From a candidate division TM6 bacterium UASB340 (GTDB lineage Bacteria; Babelota; Babeliae; Babelales; UASB340), in assembly GCA_001468925.1 (NCBI GenBank), contig LDIX01000003.1, forward strand, positions 3,018 to 67,017: a stretch of DNA of 64,000 nt, written 5' to 3'. The stretch's first letter is position 1, and every line of letters begins with the position of its first letter. The notes under the pieces were generated by a model. The model had not been told where the DNA came from and searched no databases. It saw only the letters and a program-made list of their open reading frames with translations. A program made the translations under genes and the position numbers. This document shows positions 7,866 to 16,108 of this stretch, in pieces.

Positions 7866-7934
7866 GATTCTTTTCTAAACAAACAAATAAATGAATTCGA
7901 TTTGCCGGTAACAATTATAAATCAATCGAGATAA
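7866..7934 (+). pseudogene. Relic of the 3' end of a TonB-like paralogue (...INEFDLPVTIINQSR*)
   Basis: The last 12 codons parallel the end of 6224..7381 (QFDLPVTIINPLR*), with synonymous differences (gac/gat, cta/ttg, cct/ccg). An in-frame stop lies 22 codons upstream. Confidence 0.4.
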
Positions 7935-8028
7935 AATTTAACCAATCAAGCATCTACACACAAATAGATCTTTACAAAAAAAACGATTCAAAGTATTTTT
8001 TAATAAAATACAGGAAAAGGGTTTAAAT

Positions 8029-9405
8029 TTGGCAGATGTGGTAATTCTAGGCGCGGGCCTTACAGGTTTATCTACAGCATATCATTTAGAAAAAAATAAT
8101 TTTTTTAATTTTAAAATATTTGAAAAAGAAAATTTGCCAGGTGGTTTATTAAAATCTTTTAAACAAGATGGTTTTACTTTTGATTATACAGGCCATCTAC
8201 TACACATAAGCGATCAATCTTTTTATGATTTTTTAAATGAAACAGCAGGAATAGAAAATTTTTTTATTCAAAATCGCAAATCTTTTGTTTACACACATGA
8301 AAAATTTGTAAATTATCCATTTCAGGCAAATTTATTTGGATTACCTGAAAATATTATATATGAATCTATTGTAGGTTTTATAAATAGAAAAAAACATATT
8401 AAAAATCCAAAAAATTTTTATGATTGGGTGTTAAAATATTTTGGTTCCGGCTTAGGCAAACACTTCTTTTTTCCATACAACACAAAATTATTATCTTATA
8501 ATTTAAAAGAAATATCCCATAGTTGGACCGGAAGATTTGTTCCTCAAACAAATTTAAAAACTATTATTAATTCAGCCATAAAGCCACAAACAGAATCAAG
8601 GATGGGTTATAATAATAAATTTTATTATCCAACTAACGGTGGAATACAATTTTTAATCGATAAATTAAAAAATAAAATCAAAACAAAAATTAATACTAAT
8701 TTTAAAGTAACAAATATAGATTTGAAAAATAAATTATTAATATTTGATAATGGCCACTCAGAAAAATTTAATATTTTAATTTCAACAGCTCCATTAGATA
8801 ATTTATTAAAATTAATAATCGATAAATCAAGCACTAATTTTTCAAACCAGGCAAAAAATTTATTATGCAATTCTGTGATTAATTTTAATTTAGGTTTTAA
8901 TGAAAATAATATTAAAGATAAGCACTGGCTATATTTTCCTGAAAAAAAATATAGCTTTTATCGAATGGGTTTTTGGCAAAATATATGCAAAAATTCTGCA
9001 CCTAAAAATTACAGTTCAATATATGGTGAAACATCATATATACAAAATAAAATAACGAAAAAACAGGTAGATAATTTAACATATAAATCTATAGAACAAG
9101 CTCTAAATTTTTTAAATTTAAAAAAAGAAAATATAGTTACACAAAAAATATTAAATATTGATCATGCTTATGTCATTTATAATAAATGGCGTGAACAAAA
9201 TTTAAAAAAATTACACAATAATTTAAATACTGAATCTATCTATTCAATAGGACGATATGGAGAATGGAAATACTCAAGCATGCAAGAAGCATTTTTAGAT
9301 GGAAAAACTGCAGCAAAAAACATATTAACTGATTTATTATATTCAAACCCACAAAATATTGTGCAAAGGTTAAAAAGTAATGAACAATATAAAAAACTTT
9401 TATGA
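8029..9405 (+). CDS. FAD/NAD(P)-binding oxidoreductase (UDP-galactopyranose mutase / protoporphyrinogen oxidase-like fold)
   Basis: N-terminal VVILGAGLTGLS (GxGxxG) followed by FEKENLPGG. TTG start with a GGAAAAGGG RBS. Substrate unknown. Confidence 0.7.
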   Translation: MADVVILGAGLTGLSTAYHLEKNNFFNFKIFEKENLPGGLLKSFKQDGFTFDYTGHLLHISDQSFYDFLNETAGIENFFIQNRKSFVYTHEKFVNYPFQANLFGLPENIIYESIVGFINRKKHIKNPKNFYDWVLKYFGSGLGKHFFFPYNTKLLSYNLKEISHSWTGRFVPQTNLKTIINSAIKPQTESRMGYNNKFYYPTNGGIQFLIDKLKNKIKTKINTNFKVTNIDLKNKLLIFDNGHSEKFNILISTAPLDNLLKLIIDKSSTNFSNQAKNLLCNSVINFNLGFNENNIKDKHWLYFPEKKYSFYRMGFWQNICKNSAPKNYSSIYGETSYIQNKITKKQVDNLTYKSIEQALNFLNLKKENIVTQKILNIDHAYVIYNKWREQNLKKLHNNLNTESIYSIGRYGEWKYSSMQEAFLDGKTAAKNILTDLLYSNPQNIVQRLKSNEQYKKLL

Positions 9406-10294
9406 AAATATAGATGTTTTGGTTACCGGTGGCGCAGGATTTATAGGATCGCATATAATAAAACAGCTAATATCACTAAACGCTAAAGTTACAGTTCTTG
9501 ATAATTTTTCAACAGGAAATTTAAATAATCTTAAAGATGTAATTTCTAAAGTAAACATAATTTATGGTGACATTACAAATCCATTTACCTGTAAAAAGGC
9601 AACGGAAAATAAAAAAATAGTTTTTCATTTAGCGGCTTTAACATCAGTTGCTTATTCTGTATTATATCCCGAAACTTGCTACAAAATAAATATAACCGGA
9701 ACAAAAAATATTCTCGATGCTTGCAAAATAAATAAAATTTCAAAATTTATATTTTCTTCTTCTGCATCTGTTTATGGAAATAAAAACACTGAATGTAAAG
9801 AAACTGATGAACCAAATCCGGAATCACCATATGCGAAAAGTAAACTGGAAGGTGAAAAGCTTTGTTTTGAATATAATCAAAAATATAATTTAAATACTGC
9901 TATCTTAAGATATTTTAATGTTTACGGTGAAAATCAAAATCCAAATGGTGAATATGCTGCAGTTGTGGCAAAGTTCAAAAATTGCATACAAAATAATACG
10001 CCAATAACAATTTTTGGAACCGGAAAACAAACAAGAGATTTTATTGATGTAAAAGAAGTTGCAAATGCAAATTTACTTATAGCCACAAAAGATAATTTAA
10101 ATAACAAAATTATTAATATTGCAACAGGAAAAAGCATCAGTTTACTAGAATTGATAAATCTATTGGAAGCTGATTTAAACAAAAAAGCTAAATCAATAGA
10201 ATTTTTGCCGTCACGAGCAGGCGACATAATCCATTCAAGTGCCAATTGCCAAAAATACAAAAATATAATAAAAGATAATGTATCTTCATTTTAA
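9380..10294 (+). CDS. NAD-dependent nucleotide-sugar epimerase/dehydratase (extended SDR)
   Basis: VLVTGGAGFIGSH Rossmann motif and the YAKSK (YxxxK) catalytic motif. Overlaps the upstream gene by 26 nt. Confidence 0.85.
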   Translation: MNNIKNFYENIDVLVTGGAGFIGSHIIKQLISLNAKVTVLDNFSTGNLNNLKDVISKVNIIYGDITNPFTCKKATENKKIVFHLAALTSVAYSVLYPETCYKINITGTKNILDACKINKISKFIFSSSASVYGNKNTECKETDEPNPESPYAKSKLEGEKLCFEYNQKYNLNTAILRYFNVYGENQNPNGEYAAVVAKFKNCIQNNTPITIFGTGKQTRDFIDVKEVANANLLIATKDNLNNKIINIATGKSISLLELINLLEADLNKKAKSIEFLPSRAGDIIHSSANCQKYKNIIKDNVSSF

Positions 10295-10381
10295 GCCGAA
10301 GTGGCGGAATTGGCAGACGCGCTAGATTCAGGGTCTAGTCTTTGAAAAAAGGTAGGGGTTCAACTCCCCTCTTCGGCACCA
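10295..10381 (+). tRNA. tRNA-Leu (anticodon CAG)
   Basis: GCCGAAGTGGCGGAATTGGCAGACGCGCTAGATTCAGGGTCTAGTCTTTGAAAAAAGGTAGGGGTTCAACTCCCCTCTTCGGCACCA. Perfect acceptor stem GCCGAAG/CTTCGGC, long variable arm, encoded CCA. It starts the nucleotide after the epimerase TAA. Confidence 0.92.
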
Positions 10382-10396
10382 GTCTTCGCCCTATAG

Positions 10397-10700
10397 CCCA
10401 GCGCATATCCAGCCTTCGCCGAGGCTACGGCGGACAGGCGCACAGGGCTACCTCAAAATCGCCCGCTCATGCAGGCTCAAAAAACAAAAATTTAATATTA
10501 ATTTGCAAGAATTGTATTTTTGTTTTCAAAAAATTTGATAATAAAGCTTTGCATACAAATAGTTACTTTTTATATAAGATTACACAATTAATGTTTGGTT
10601 TATAGAATATTACTTACATATAAAAATAATTATTCATCATAATGTCTCTGAGCCTGCATAAGCAGGCGGCTTTAGGGTAGCCCTGTGCGTATGCACTGGG
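10397..10700. repeat. MITE-like composite element: GC-rich terminal inverted repeats around a 169-bp AT-rich core
   Basis: Arm 10439..10479 matches the reverse complement of arm 10649..10689 at 34/41 positions by my hand alignment. The outer flanks CCCAGCGCATA (10397-) and the reverse complement of 10690-10700 (CCCAGTGCATA) extend the repeat. The left arm carries an extra 31-nt hairpin module. Confidence 0.55.
10410..10433 (+). repeat. GC-rich hairpin, copy 4 (CAGCC-UUC-GCC-GA-GGC-UAC-GGCGG)
   Basis: Near-identical to the tRNA-Ala(UGC) trailer: CCAGCCUUCGCCGAGGCUACGGCGGACAGG versus CCAUACUUCGCCAAGGCUAUGUGUGGCGGACCAG. Confidence 0.55.
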
Positions 10701-10817
10701 AATAATACAAATATGACATACAGGATGTTTGATTTTCCATATTAAACCATTATAATTTATAATAATCTTAGTCTAAAAGACTAAAAAAATTTAAATAAAA
10801 AATTTAGGGTTAAAAAC

Positions 10818-11951
10818 ATGGCAAAAAGAGATTATTACGAAATTTTGGGCGTTTCAAAAACCGCCAATAAAGAAGAAATTAAAAAAGCTTACAGGCAATT
10901 AGCCATAAAATATCATCCGGATAAAAATCCTGATAATAAAGAAGCTGAAGAAAAATTTAAAGAAGCTAGTGAAGCCTATGAAGTTCTTTCAAATGACGAA
11001 AAAAGAAAAAAATATGATCAATTTGGTCATGCCGGAATGCAAGGTGGATCAGATTTCCATGAATATGGAGGATTTGAAGATATTTTTTCAAATTTTGGAG
11101 ATATATTTTCAGATTTATTTGGTGCAAGCGCCGGTGGACGTAAACAACAACGCAGTAAAACCGGACTTACTCCGCAACGCGGCCATGATTTATCATATAA
11201 TATAGAAATAACTTTAACCGAGTCATATTTGGGAACCAAAAAAGATATTTCCATTTACCATCATACAAGTTGTGAAACTTGTAACGGTTCAGGATGTAAA
11301 GCCGGTACAAAACCGGAAAAATGTTCCCATTGTAACGGTACCGGCGCAGTAAATTTCAGGCAAGGCTTTTTTTCATTCGCTCAGCCATGTAATTATTGCA
11401 AAGGCGAAGGATTTACAATTAAATCGCCATGTCCAACATGTAAGGGCCAATCAAGAGTTCAAAAGCGTGACACCCTAACCATAAATATTCCTGCCGGAAT
11501 TTATAATGGTGCAGAATTAAGAGTTAAAGGTCGCGGTGATGCCGGAGTATTTGGTGGAACATCCGGAGATCTTTATCTTCATGTAACGGTACAAGATGAC
11601 AAAAAATTTTGGCGCAAAAATAACGACTTAATAACTTATTTAAATTTAACATATCCACAATTAGTTTTAGGCTGTCAGGTGGAAGTTGAAACTTTAGATG
11701 GTCAAAAACATTTAATTAAAATACCAAAAGGTTGTGCCGTTGGCCAAGAAATTATGTTACCCGGAAAAGGTTTTCCGGTTCCCGGAAGTTTATCCAGAGG
11801 TAACTTAATAATTATTACGAAATGCCACATTCCAACAAAATTACCAGCCAAAGCCAAAGAATTATTGTTAGAATATGCTGAAAAAATTGGTAATGAAACA
11901 AGTGATTCCAAGTCAGGGATTTCAGGATTTTTTAAAAAATTTTTGGGATAA
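10818..11951 (+). CDS. dnaJ: molecular chaperone DnaJ
   Basis: J-domain (YYEILGV...KYHPDKNP), G/F-rich region, four CxxCxGxG zinc-finger repeats, and a C-terminal substrate-binding domain. Confidence 0.95.
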   Translation: MAKRDYYEILGVSKTANKEEIKKAYRQLAIKYHPDKNPDNKEAEEKFKEASEAYEVLSNDEKRKKYDQFGHAGMQGGSDFHEYGGFEDIFSNFGDIFSDLFGASAGGRKQQRSKTGLTPQRGHDLSYNIEITLTESYLGTKKDISIYHHTSCETCNGSGCKAGTKPEKCSHCNGTGAVNFRQGFFSFAQPCNYCKGEGFTIKSPCPTCKGQSRVQKRDTLTINIPAGIYNGAELRVKGRGDAGVFGGTSGDLYLHVTVQDDKKFWRKNNDLITYLNLTYPQLVLGCQVEVETLDGQKHLIKIPKGCAVGQEIMLPGKGFPVPGSLSRGNLIIITKCHIPTKLPAKAKELLLEYAEKIGNETSDSKSGISGFFKKFLG

Positions 11952-11956
11952 AAGAT

Positions 11957-13225
11957 TTAGTGGATGATTGCTTTAAAAAATTCTTCAAATGAAGTCTGGC
12001 CATTATCGACTTTTTTTAAAGCATCATCTTTCATGAATTTCATATTTTTTTTAATTAAAAAATCTTTAATTTGTTTGGTAGAATTTTTTGCAGAAATTAA
12101 ATCTCTAATTTCATCATCAATTTTAAGAAGCTCAAAAATTCCAATTCTACCTTTATAGCCAAGATCAAAACAGTTATTACAACCACAAGGTCTGTTAATT
12201 TTATTTAATTTAAAATTATTTATATTTATATTTTTAAGATTATTTTCTTCTTGTTCAGTTATTAAATCTTCTTTTTTACAACTATTGCAAAGAGATCTAA
12301 CCAATCGTTGAGAAAGAACTCCTGAAAGTGCCGCATTAATTAAAAAGCTATCAACCCCCATGTCAATTAATCTAGTAACCGCAGATACGGTATCATTTGT
12401 ATGTAAAGTGCTAAAAACAAGATGTCCTGTAAGAGCTGCTTCGATTGCTATTTTTGCAGTTTCTTTATCTCTAATTTCACCAATCATTATAACATCGGGA
12501 TCTTGCCTTAAAATTGATCTAAGACCTGTATGAAAATTAAATCCTGCTTTTTCATTTATTTGACTTTGAACAATTCCATCAAGATTATATTCAACCGGAT
12601 CTTCCATTGTAATAATATTTTTTTCACCATCATTAAGATGCGATAAAATAGAATAAAGGGTTGTTGTTTTACCTGATCCTGTAGGTCCGGTGATTAGAAA
12701 AAAACCATATGGTCTGTCTATTAACTTATAAAACTCAGATAATGTAAATTCGTCCATTCCAAGTTTATTTAATTCAATATTATTTTGCGATTTATCTAAA
12801 ATACGCATTACAAGTTTTTCACCATATATTGTGGGAAAAGTTGAAATACGCATATCTATTAAATTATTATCGTTTTGAATATTTTCTGATTTCTTACAAA
12901 TCCGAACTCTAAACTTACCATCTTGAGGAACTCGCTTTTCTGCAATATCAAGATTAGATAAAATTTTTAATCTAGATAATATTGCAGCGCCCAATTCTTT
13001 TTTTATAGCTGTTTGATCGTATAAAATACCATCAATTCGATATCTAATTCTTAGATCATTTTGGCTTTGTTCAAAATGAATATCTGAAGCGCCATAATTT
13101 ATAGCCATCAATAAAATGGAATCCACAATATCTACAATAGATTCGTTATGAATTCCATTTTTTAATTTTTCATCTTTTGATAAAAGATTATAAACAAGAC
13201 TCTCTTCTCTCTCTTTTTCCGCCAC
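11957..13225 (-). CDS. GspE/PilB-family secretion or type IV pilus ATPase, short form lacking the N-terminal domain
   Basis: Walker A GPTGSGKTTT, the MIGEIRD / STLHTN boxes, and a tetracysteine cluster CNSC...CGCNNC. 422 aa, GTG start. Confidence 0.85.
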   Translation of the reverse strand: MAEKEREESLVYNLLSKDEKLKNGIHNESIVDIVDSILLMAINYGASDIHFEQSQNDLRIRYRIDGILYDQTAIKKELGAAILSRLKILSNLDIAEKRVPQDGKFRVRICKKSENIQNDNNLIDMRISTFPTIYGEKLVMRILDKSQNNIELNKLGMDEFTLSEFYKLIDRPYGFFLITGPTGSGKTTTLYSILSHLNDGEKNIITMEDPVEYNLDGIVQSQINEKAGFNFHTGLRSILRQDPDVIMIGEIRDKETAKIAIEAALTGHLVFSTLHTNDTVSAVTRLIDMGVDSFLINAALSGVLSQRLVRSLCNSCKKEDLITEQEENNLKNININNFKLNKINRPCGCNNCFDLGYKGRIGIFELLKIDDEIRDLISAKNSTKQIKDFLIKKNMKFMKDDALKKVDNGQTSFEEFFKAIIH

Positions 13226-13230
13226 TAAAA

Positions 13231-13638
13231 TTATCCTAATTTATAACCAACCAAAAATCCAACCAAACCTGCAATAAATTTTATCAAGTTTGTTTTTATC
13301 CAATCAAAAATTGAATTTAAAATAACACCAAAATCTGAAGCTGGATCAAAACCCAAAAATACATTTAATGCAAGCCAATCTATTGTCAAAATTTTATTAT
13401 ATTCAAGTATTAAAATAACAGCCATAGCTGTAAGAATTGTAAAAAAAACAAATTTGAAATATTTTTTAAATAAAAAACCAAAAGCAAATCCTATACCAAA
13501 ATAAATAGCACCTTCAATGGCCTGTGCTGAAGATCCACCTATATCTTCCGACCATTTTTTTATATCAATCTTTTCCCAAACAGATTTCAACCAGTTCATG
13601 AAAACTTCAAATTTACCGGGAACAATTTGCTCTTCCAT
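13231..13638 (-). CDS. Small integral membrane protein, possibly FUN14-like
   Basis: GGAGAG RBS. GIGFAFGFLFKKYFKFVFFTILTAMAVILILEYNKILTIDW resembles the FUN14 pattern as I remember it. The family call is tentative. Confidence 0.45.
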   Translation of the reverse strand: MEEQIVPGKFEVFMNWLKSVWEKIDIKKWSEDIGGSSAQAIEGAIYFGIGFAFGFLFKKYFKFVFFTILTAMAVILILEYNKILTIDWLALNVFLGFDPASDFGVILNSIFDWIKTNLIKFIAGLVGFLVGYKLG

Positions 13639-13780
13639 AAATACTCTCCATGCAAAAATTTTTAATTTAAACTACACATAAATTTAAAATTAATGTAACA
13701 AAATTTAATTTAAAAGCACTAGAGAAATAAAAAAAATAAAAAATTGCGTACTTAAAGCCATCTCGATATTAATTTTACAA

Positions 13781-13822
13781 AAAAAAAGTTGCAGGACTTT
13801 TTTAATTTCCTGCAACTTTTTA
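13781..13822 (-). terminator. Intrinsic terminator after hup (GTTGCAGG-13 nt-CCTGCAAC plus a U-run on the minus strand)
   Basis: 8-bp stem about 30 nt downstream of the hup stop, followed by a T-run in the transcribed sense. Confidence 0.65.
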
Positions 13823-13852
13823 ATACACATTTTATTTATGTATATTTAAGAC

Positions 13853-14128
13853 TTAAGCTTTTACTAAATCTTTTAGTTTTTTGCCAGCCTTAAATTTTGG
13901 AACATTCTTTGAAGGAATTTGCATTTTCTTACCTGTTGCTGGATTAATACCTGTTCTTGCTTTTCTCTTCATTACAGAGAATGTACCGAAACCTGTAAGA
14001 ACTACAGATTTCTTTTTCTTAAGTGACTTTTCAATAGCATCAATGAATGCTTCTAAAGCATCCTTACATGATGTTTTCGATAGCTTTGTAGCTTTTGACA
14101 TTGCATCTATCAAAGCGGCTTTATTCAT
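13853..14128 (-). CDS. hup: DNA-binding protein HU
   Basis: 91 aa: MNKAALIDAMSK...GFGTFSVMKRKARTGINPATGKKMQIPSKNVPKFKAGKKLK. This is the canonical HU arm motif. AGGAG RBS. Confidence 0.92.
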   Translation of the reverse strand: MNKAALIDAMSKATKLSKTSCKDALEAFIDAIEKSLKKKKSVVLTGFGTFSVMKRKARTGINPATGKKMQIPSKNVPKFKAGKKLKDLVKA

Positions 14129-14273
14129 ATATGAACTCCTAAAAATTCATTGGAGAATATATCTTACATATCAACACAAAACACACAAAACAACACAAAC
14201 GTTTTTGTAGATATATCTCTGATGTTTATTTATAATTAAAATTTTTGTCAAGATTTTTGTAAAATTTATTTAA

Positions 14274-14302
14274 CCCTACTACGCTATTCGAGCTACAAAG
14301 GG
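14274..14302 (+). repeat. GC-rich hairpin, copy 6, plus-sense (CCCU-AC-UAC-GC-UAUUCGA-GC-UAC-AA-AGGG)
   Basis: Same layout of stem, 3x3 internal loop, GC clamp and loop. It is immediately followed by CATACTTCGCG (14303-), a half-copy of the trailer motif. Confidence 0.4.
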
Positions 14303-14349
14303 CATACTTCGCGCTCAACTTATTTAAATATCACTTTTTCTGGCCATGC

Positions 14350-14373
14350 CATACGAAGCTTTAGCGAAGTATG
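14350..14373 (-). repeat. GC-rich trailer hairpin, copy 5 (identical 24-mer to 2718..2741)
   Basis: CATACGAAGCTTTAGCGAAGTATG abuts and overlaps the CCA of tRNA-Leu(UAA). Confidence 0.65.
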
Positions 14374-14459
14374 GTGCCGAGGGCCGGAGTCGAACCGGCA
14401 CAGGTTTAAAACCCGAGGGATTTTAAGTCCCTTGCGTCTACCAATTCCGCCACCACGGC
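14372..14459 (-). tRNA. tRNA-Leu (anticodon UAA)
   Basis: Reverse complement GCCGTGGTGGCGGAATTGGTAGACGCAAGGGACTTAAAATCCCTCGGGTTTTAAACCTGTGCCGGTTCGACTCCGGCCCTCGGCACCA. Class II long variable arm, anticodon loop CT-TAA-AA. One U-U mismatch in the acceptor stem. Confidence 0.85.
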
Positions 14460-14529
14460 ACACATTAAACACTTAATATTATGTATATTTTTTCAATATT
14501 AGCAACATTTTTTTTAAAAAAGTGAAGAC

Positions 14530-14603
14530 TGGAGGCGGCACCCGGAATTGAACCGGGGATAACGGTTTTGCAGACCGCTGCCTTACCACTTGGCTATGCC
14601 GCC
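14530..14603 (-). tRNA. tRNA-Cys (anticodon GCA)
   Basis: Reverse complement GGCGGCATAGCCAAGTGGTAAGGCAGCGGTCTGCAAAACCGTTATCCCCGGTTCAATTCCGGGTGCCGCCTCCA. Perfect acceptor stem, U73 discriminator (a Cys identity element), encoded CCA. It starts the nucleotide after the miaB TAA. Confidence 0.92.
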
Positions 14604-15971
14604 TTAACACTTATCTATCAAAGATCCGGTTAAATTTGTCGCACCCGCAGTTTCTATGTTAACGTCAACAAAAGAATTTATCAATTCATAGTCGCCATTA
14701 AATAAAACTGTATGATTTCCTGCCGATCTTGCTAAAAGCATACCATTAACTGCCGGTTTTTCAACTAAACATTTTAAAGTATGCCCAATGTAGGCTTCAT
14801 TTTTATTTTTAGCTATATCTATTTGGACTTTCTGTAGATAATCCAGACGTACTTGCTTCTCTTGATAACTAAGATTATCTTGCATTAACGCAGCTTTTGT
14901 ATATTTGCGCGGCGAAAATATATATGAGTAAACATTATCAAAATTAACAGTTTTAATAAGTTCTACAGTTGCAATAAAATCTTGTTCATTTTCACCTGGA
15001 AAGCCCACAATTATATCTGTCGAAATAGTCGCTTTTGGCAAATACTTTTTAATCCAATCTATCTGTTGCAAATATTTTTCTACGGTATAAGATCTATTCA
15101 TAAGCTCTAAAATTTTATTTGATCCCGACTGCACCGGATGGTGTACAAAACCACAAATTTTATCTTGATGTTCAGCCATAACTTTAATTACATCCAATGT
15201 CATATCTTTTGGATTAGGACTCATAAATCGTATCCAAAAGTTTCCAGGCAATATGGCTACTTTTTTTAGTAACCCGGCAAAATTTATTTCTGTTTCAGGA
15301 CATTTGTATGAATTAACATTTTGCCCCAATAAAATAATTTCTTTAGCTCCAATAGAAATATCAAATTTTATTTTTTCTAAAATGTCACTTGCCAAATAAC
15401 TGATTTCTCTACCTCTGGTAAAAGGCACAATACAATATGTACAAAAATTATTACATCCGGTCATTATATTTATAAAAGATTGTATTGAGTGTTTATTTTC
15501 AACTTTAAGACCACCCAATTTTAAATTGAAATTTTTAAATTTAGAAATATTTGTATCTTTATTTAAAACAACAGGTTCAGTTAATTTGTTTATTTGTTTA
15601 CTAGTCTGCATAGACATAATTAGATCTAAAAGCTTTTGTTGTAATAAATTTTTATCATCTCTAGCACCGTTAACAAATGTTATAAATGGAAATCTTGAAT
15701 AAAAATCTTTCTTTTTATAACTTGCTATACAACCAACTATAACTATTTTAAAAAAAATATTTTGTTTTCTAAGCTTTGCAAGCCGACCAATATATGAATA
15801 AATTTTTTGTTCAGCTTTATCTCTAATGGCACATGTATTTATAATAATTATATCTGCAGATTCTTGTGTGAAAACTTGTTCACAATCCAAATCTTTTAAA
15901 AAATTGGCAATTGCTTGAGAATCTGCAACATTTGCTTGGCAACCGTATGTTTGTATAAAAAATTTAATCAT
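14604..15971 (-). CDS. miaB: tRNA methylthiotransferase (MiaB family)
   Basis: N-terminal MTTase domain (FIQTYGCQANVADS), radical-SAM CNNFCTYC, C-terminal TRAM-like domain. Confidence 0.85.
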   Translation of the reverse strand: MIKFFIQTYGCQANVADSQAIANFLKDLDCEQVFTQESADIIIINTCAIRDKAEQKIYSYIGRLAKLRKQNIFFKIVIVGCIASYKKKDFYSRFPFITFVNGARDDKNLLQQKLLDLIMSMQTSKQINKLTEPVVLNKDTNISKFKNFNLKLGGLKVENKHSIQSFINIMTGCNNFCTYCIVPFTRGREISYLASDILEKIKFDISIGAKEIILLGQNVNSYKCPETEINFAGLLKKVAILPGNFWIRFMSPNPKDMTLDVIKVMAEHQDKICGFVHHPVQSGSNKILELMNRSYTVEKYLQQIDWIKKYLPKATISTDIIVGFPGENEQDFIATVELIKTVNFDNVYSYIFSPRKYTKAALMQDNLSYQEKQVRLDYLQKVQIDIAKNKNEAYIGHTLKCLVEKPAVNGMLLARSAGNHTVLFNGDYELINSFVDVNIETAGATNLTGSLIDKC

Positions 15972-16049
15972 AATTATAATTTTAAAATTTAAAATTTAGT
16001 TTTAGTTATTTTAATATTTAATAAACACCCCAAACTCTGTGTTTATTAT

Positions 16050-16083
16050 AGACAAAAGAAAAGAGGCAGTAAAATACTGCCCC
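16050..16083 (-). terminator. Intrinsic terminator after the 16109 gene (GGCAGTA-aaa-TACTGCC plus a U-rich tail)
   Basis: The minus strand reads GGGGCAGUAUUUUACUGCCUCUUUUCUUUUG, 25 nt after the stop. Confidence 0.5.
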
Positions 16084-16108
16084 AATTAACTAACAAAACT
16101 CACTTAAC

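Noticed and set aside
10342-10605. 87-aa ORF in the track starting inside tRNA-Leu(CAG)
   Set aside because: It begins within the tRNA and runs through the GC-rich repeat arms. The Arg/Gly/Ala-rich translation reflects GC-rich repeat DNA, not a gene.
10768-10784. Possible CIRCE/HrcA operator upstream of dnaJ (TTAGTCT-AAA-AGACTAA)
   Set aside because: It has only a 7-bp stem with a 3-nt loop. It does not match the CIRCE consensus TTAGCACTC-N9-GAGTGCTAA. No CIRCE-like sequence was seen upstream of lon either.
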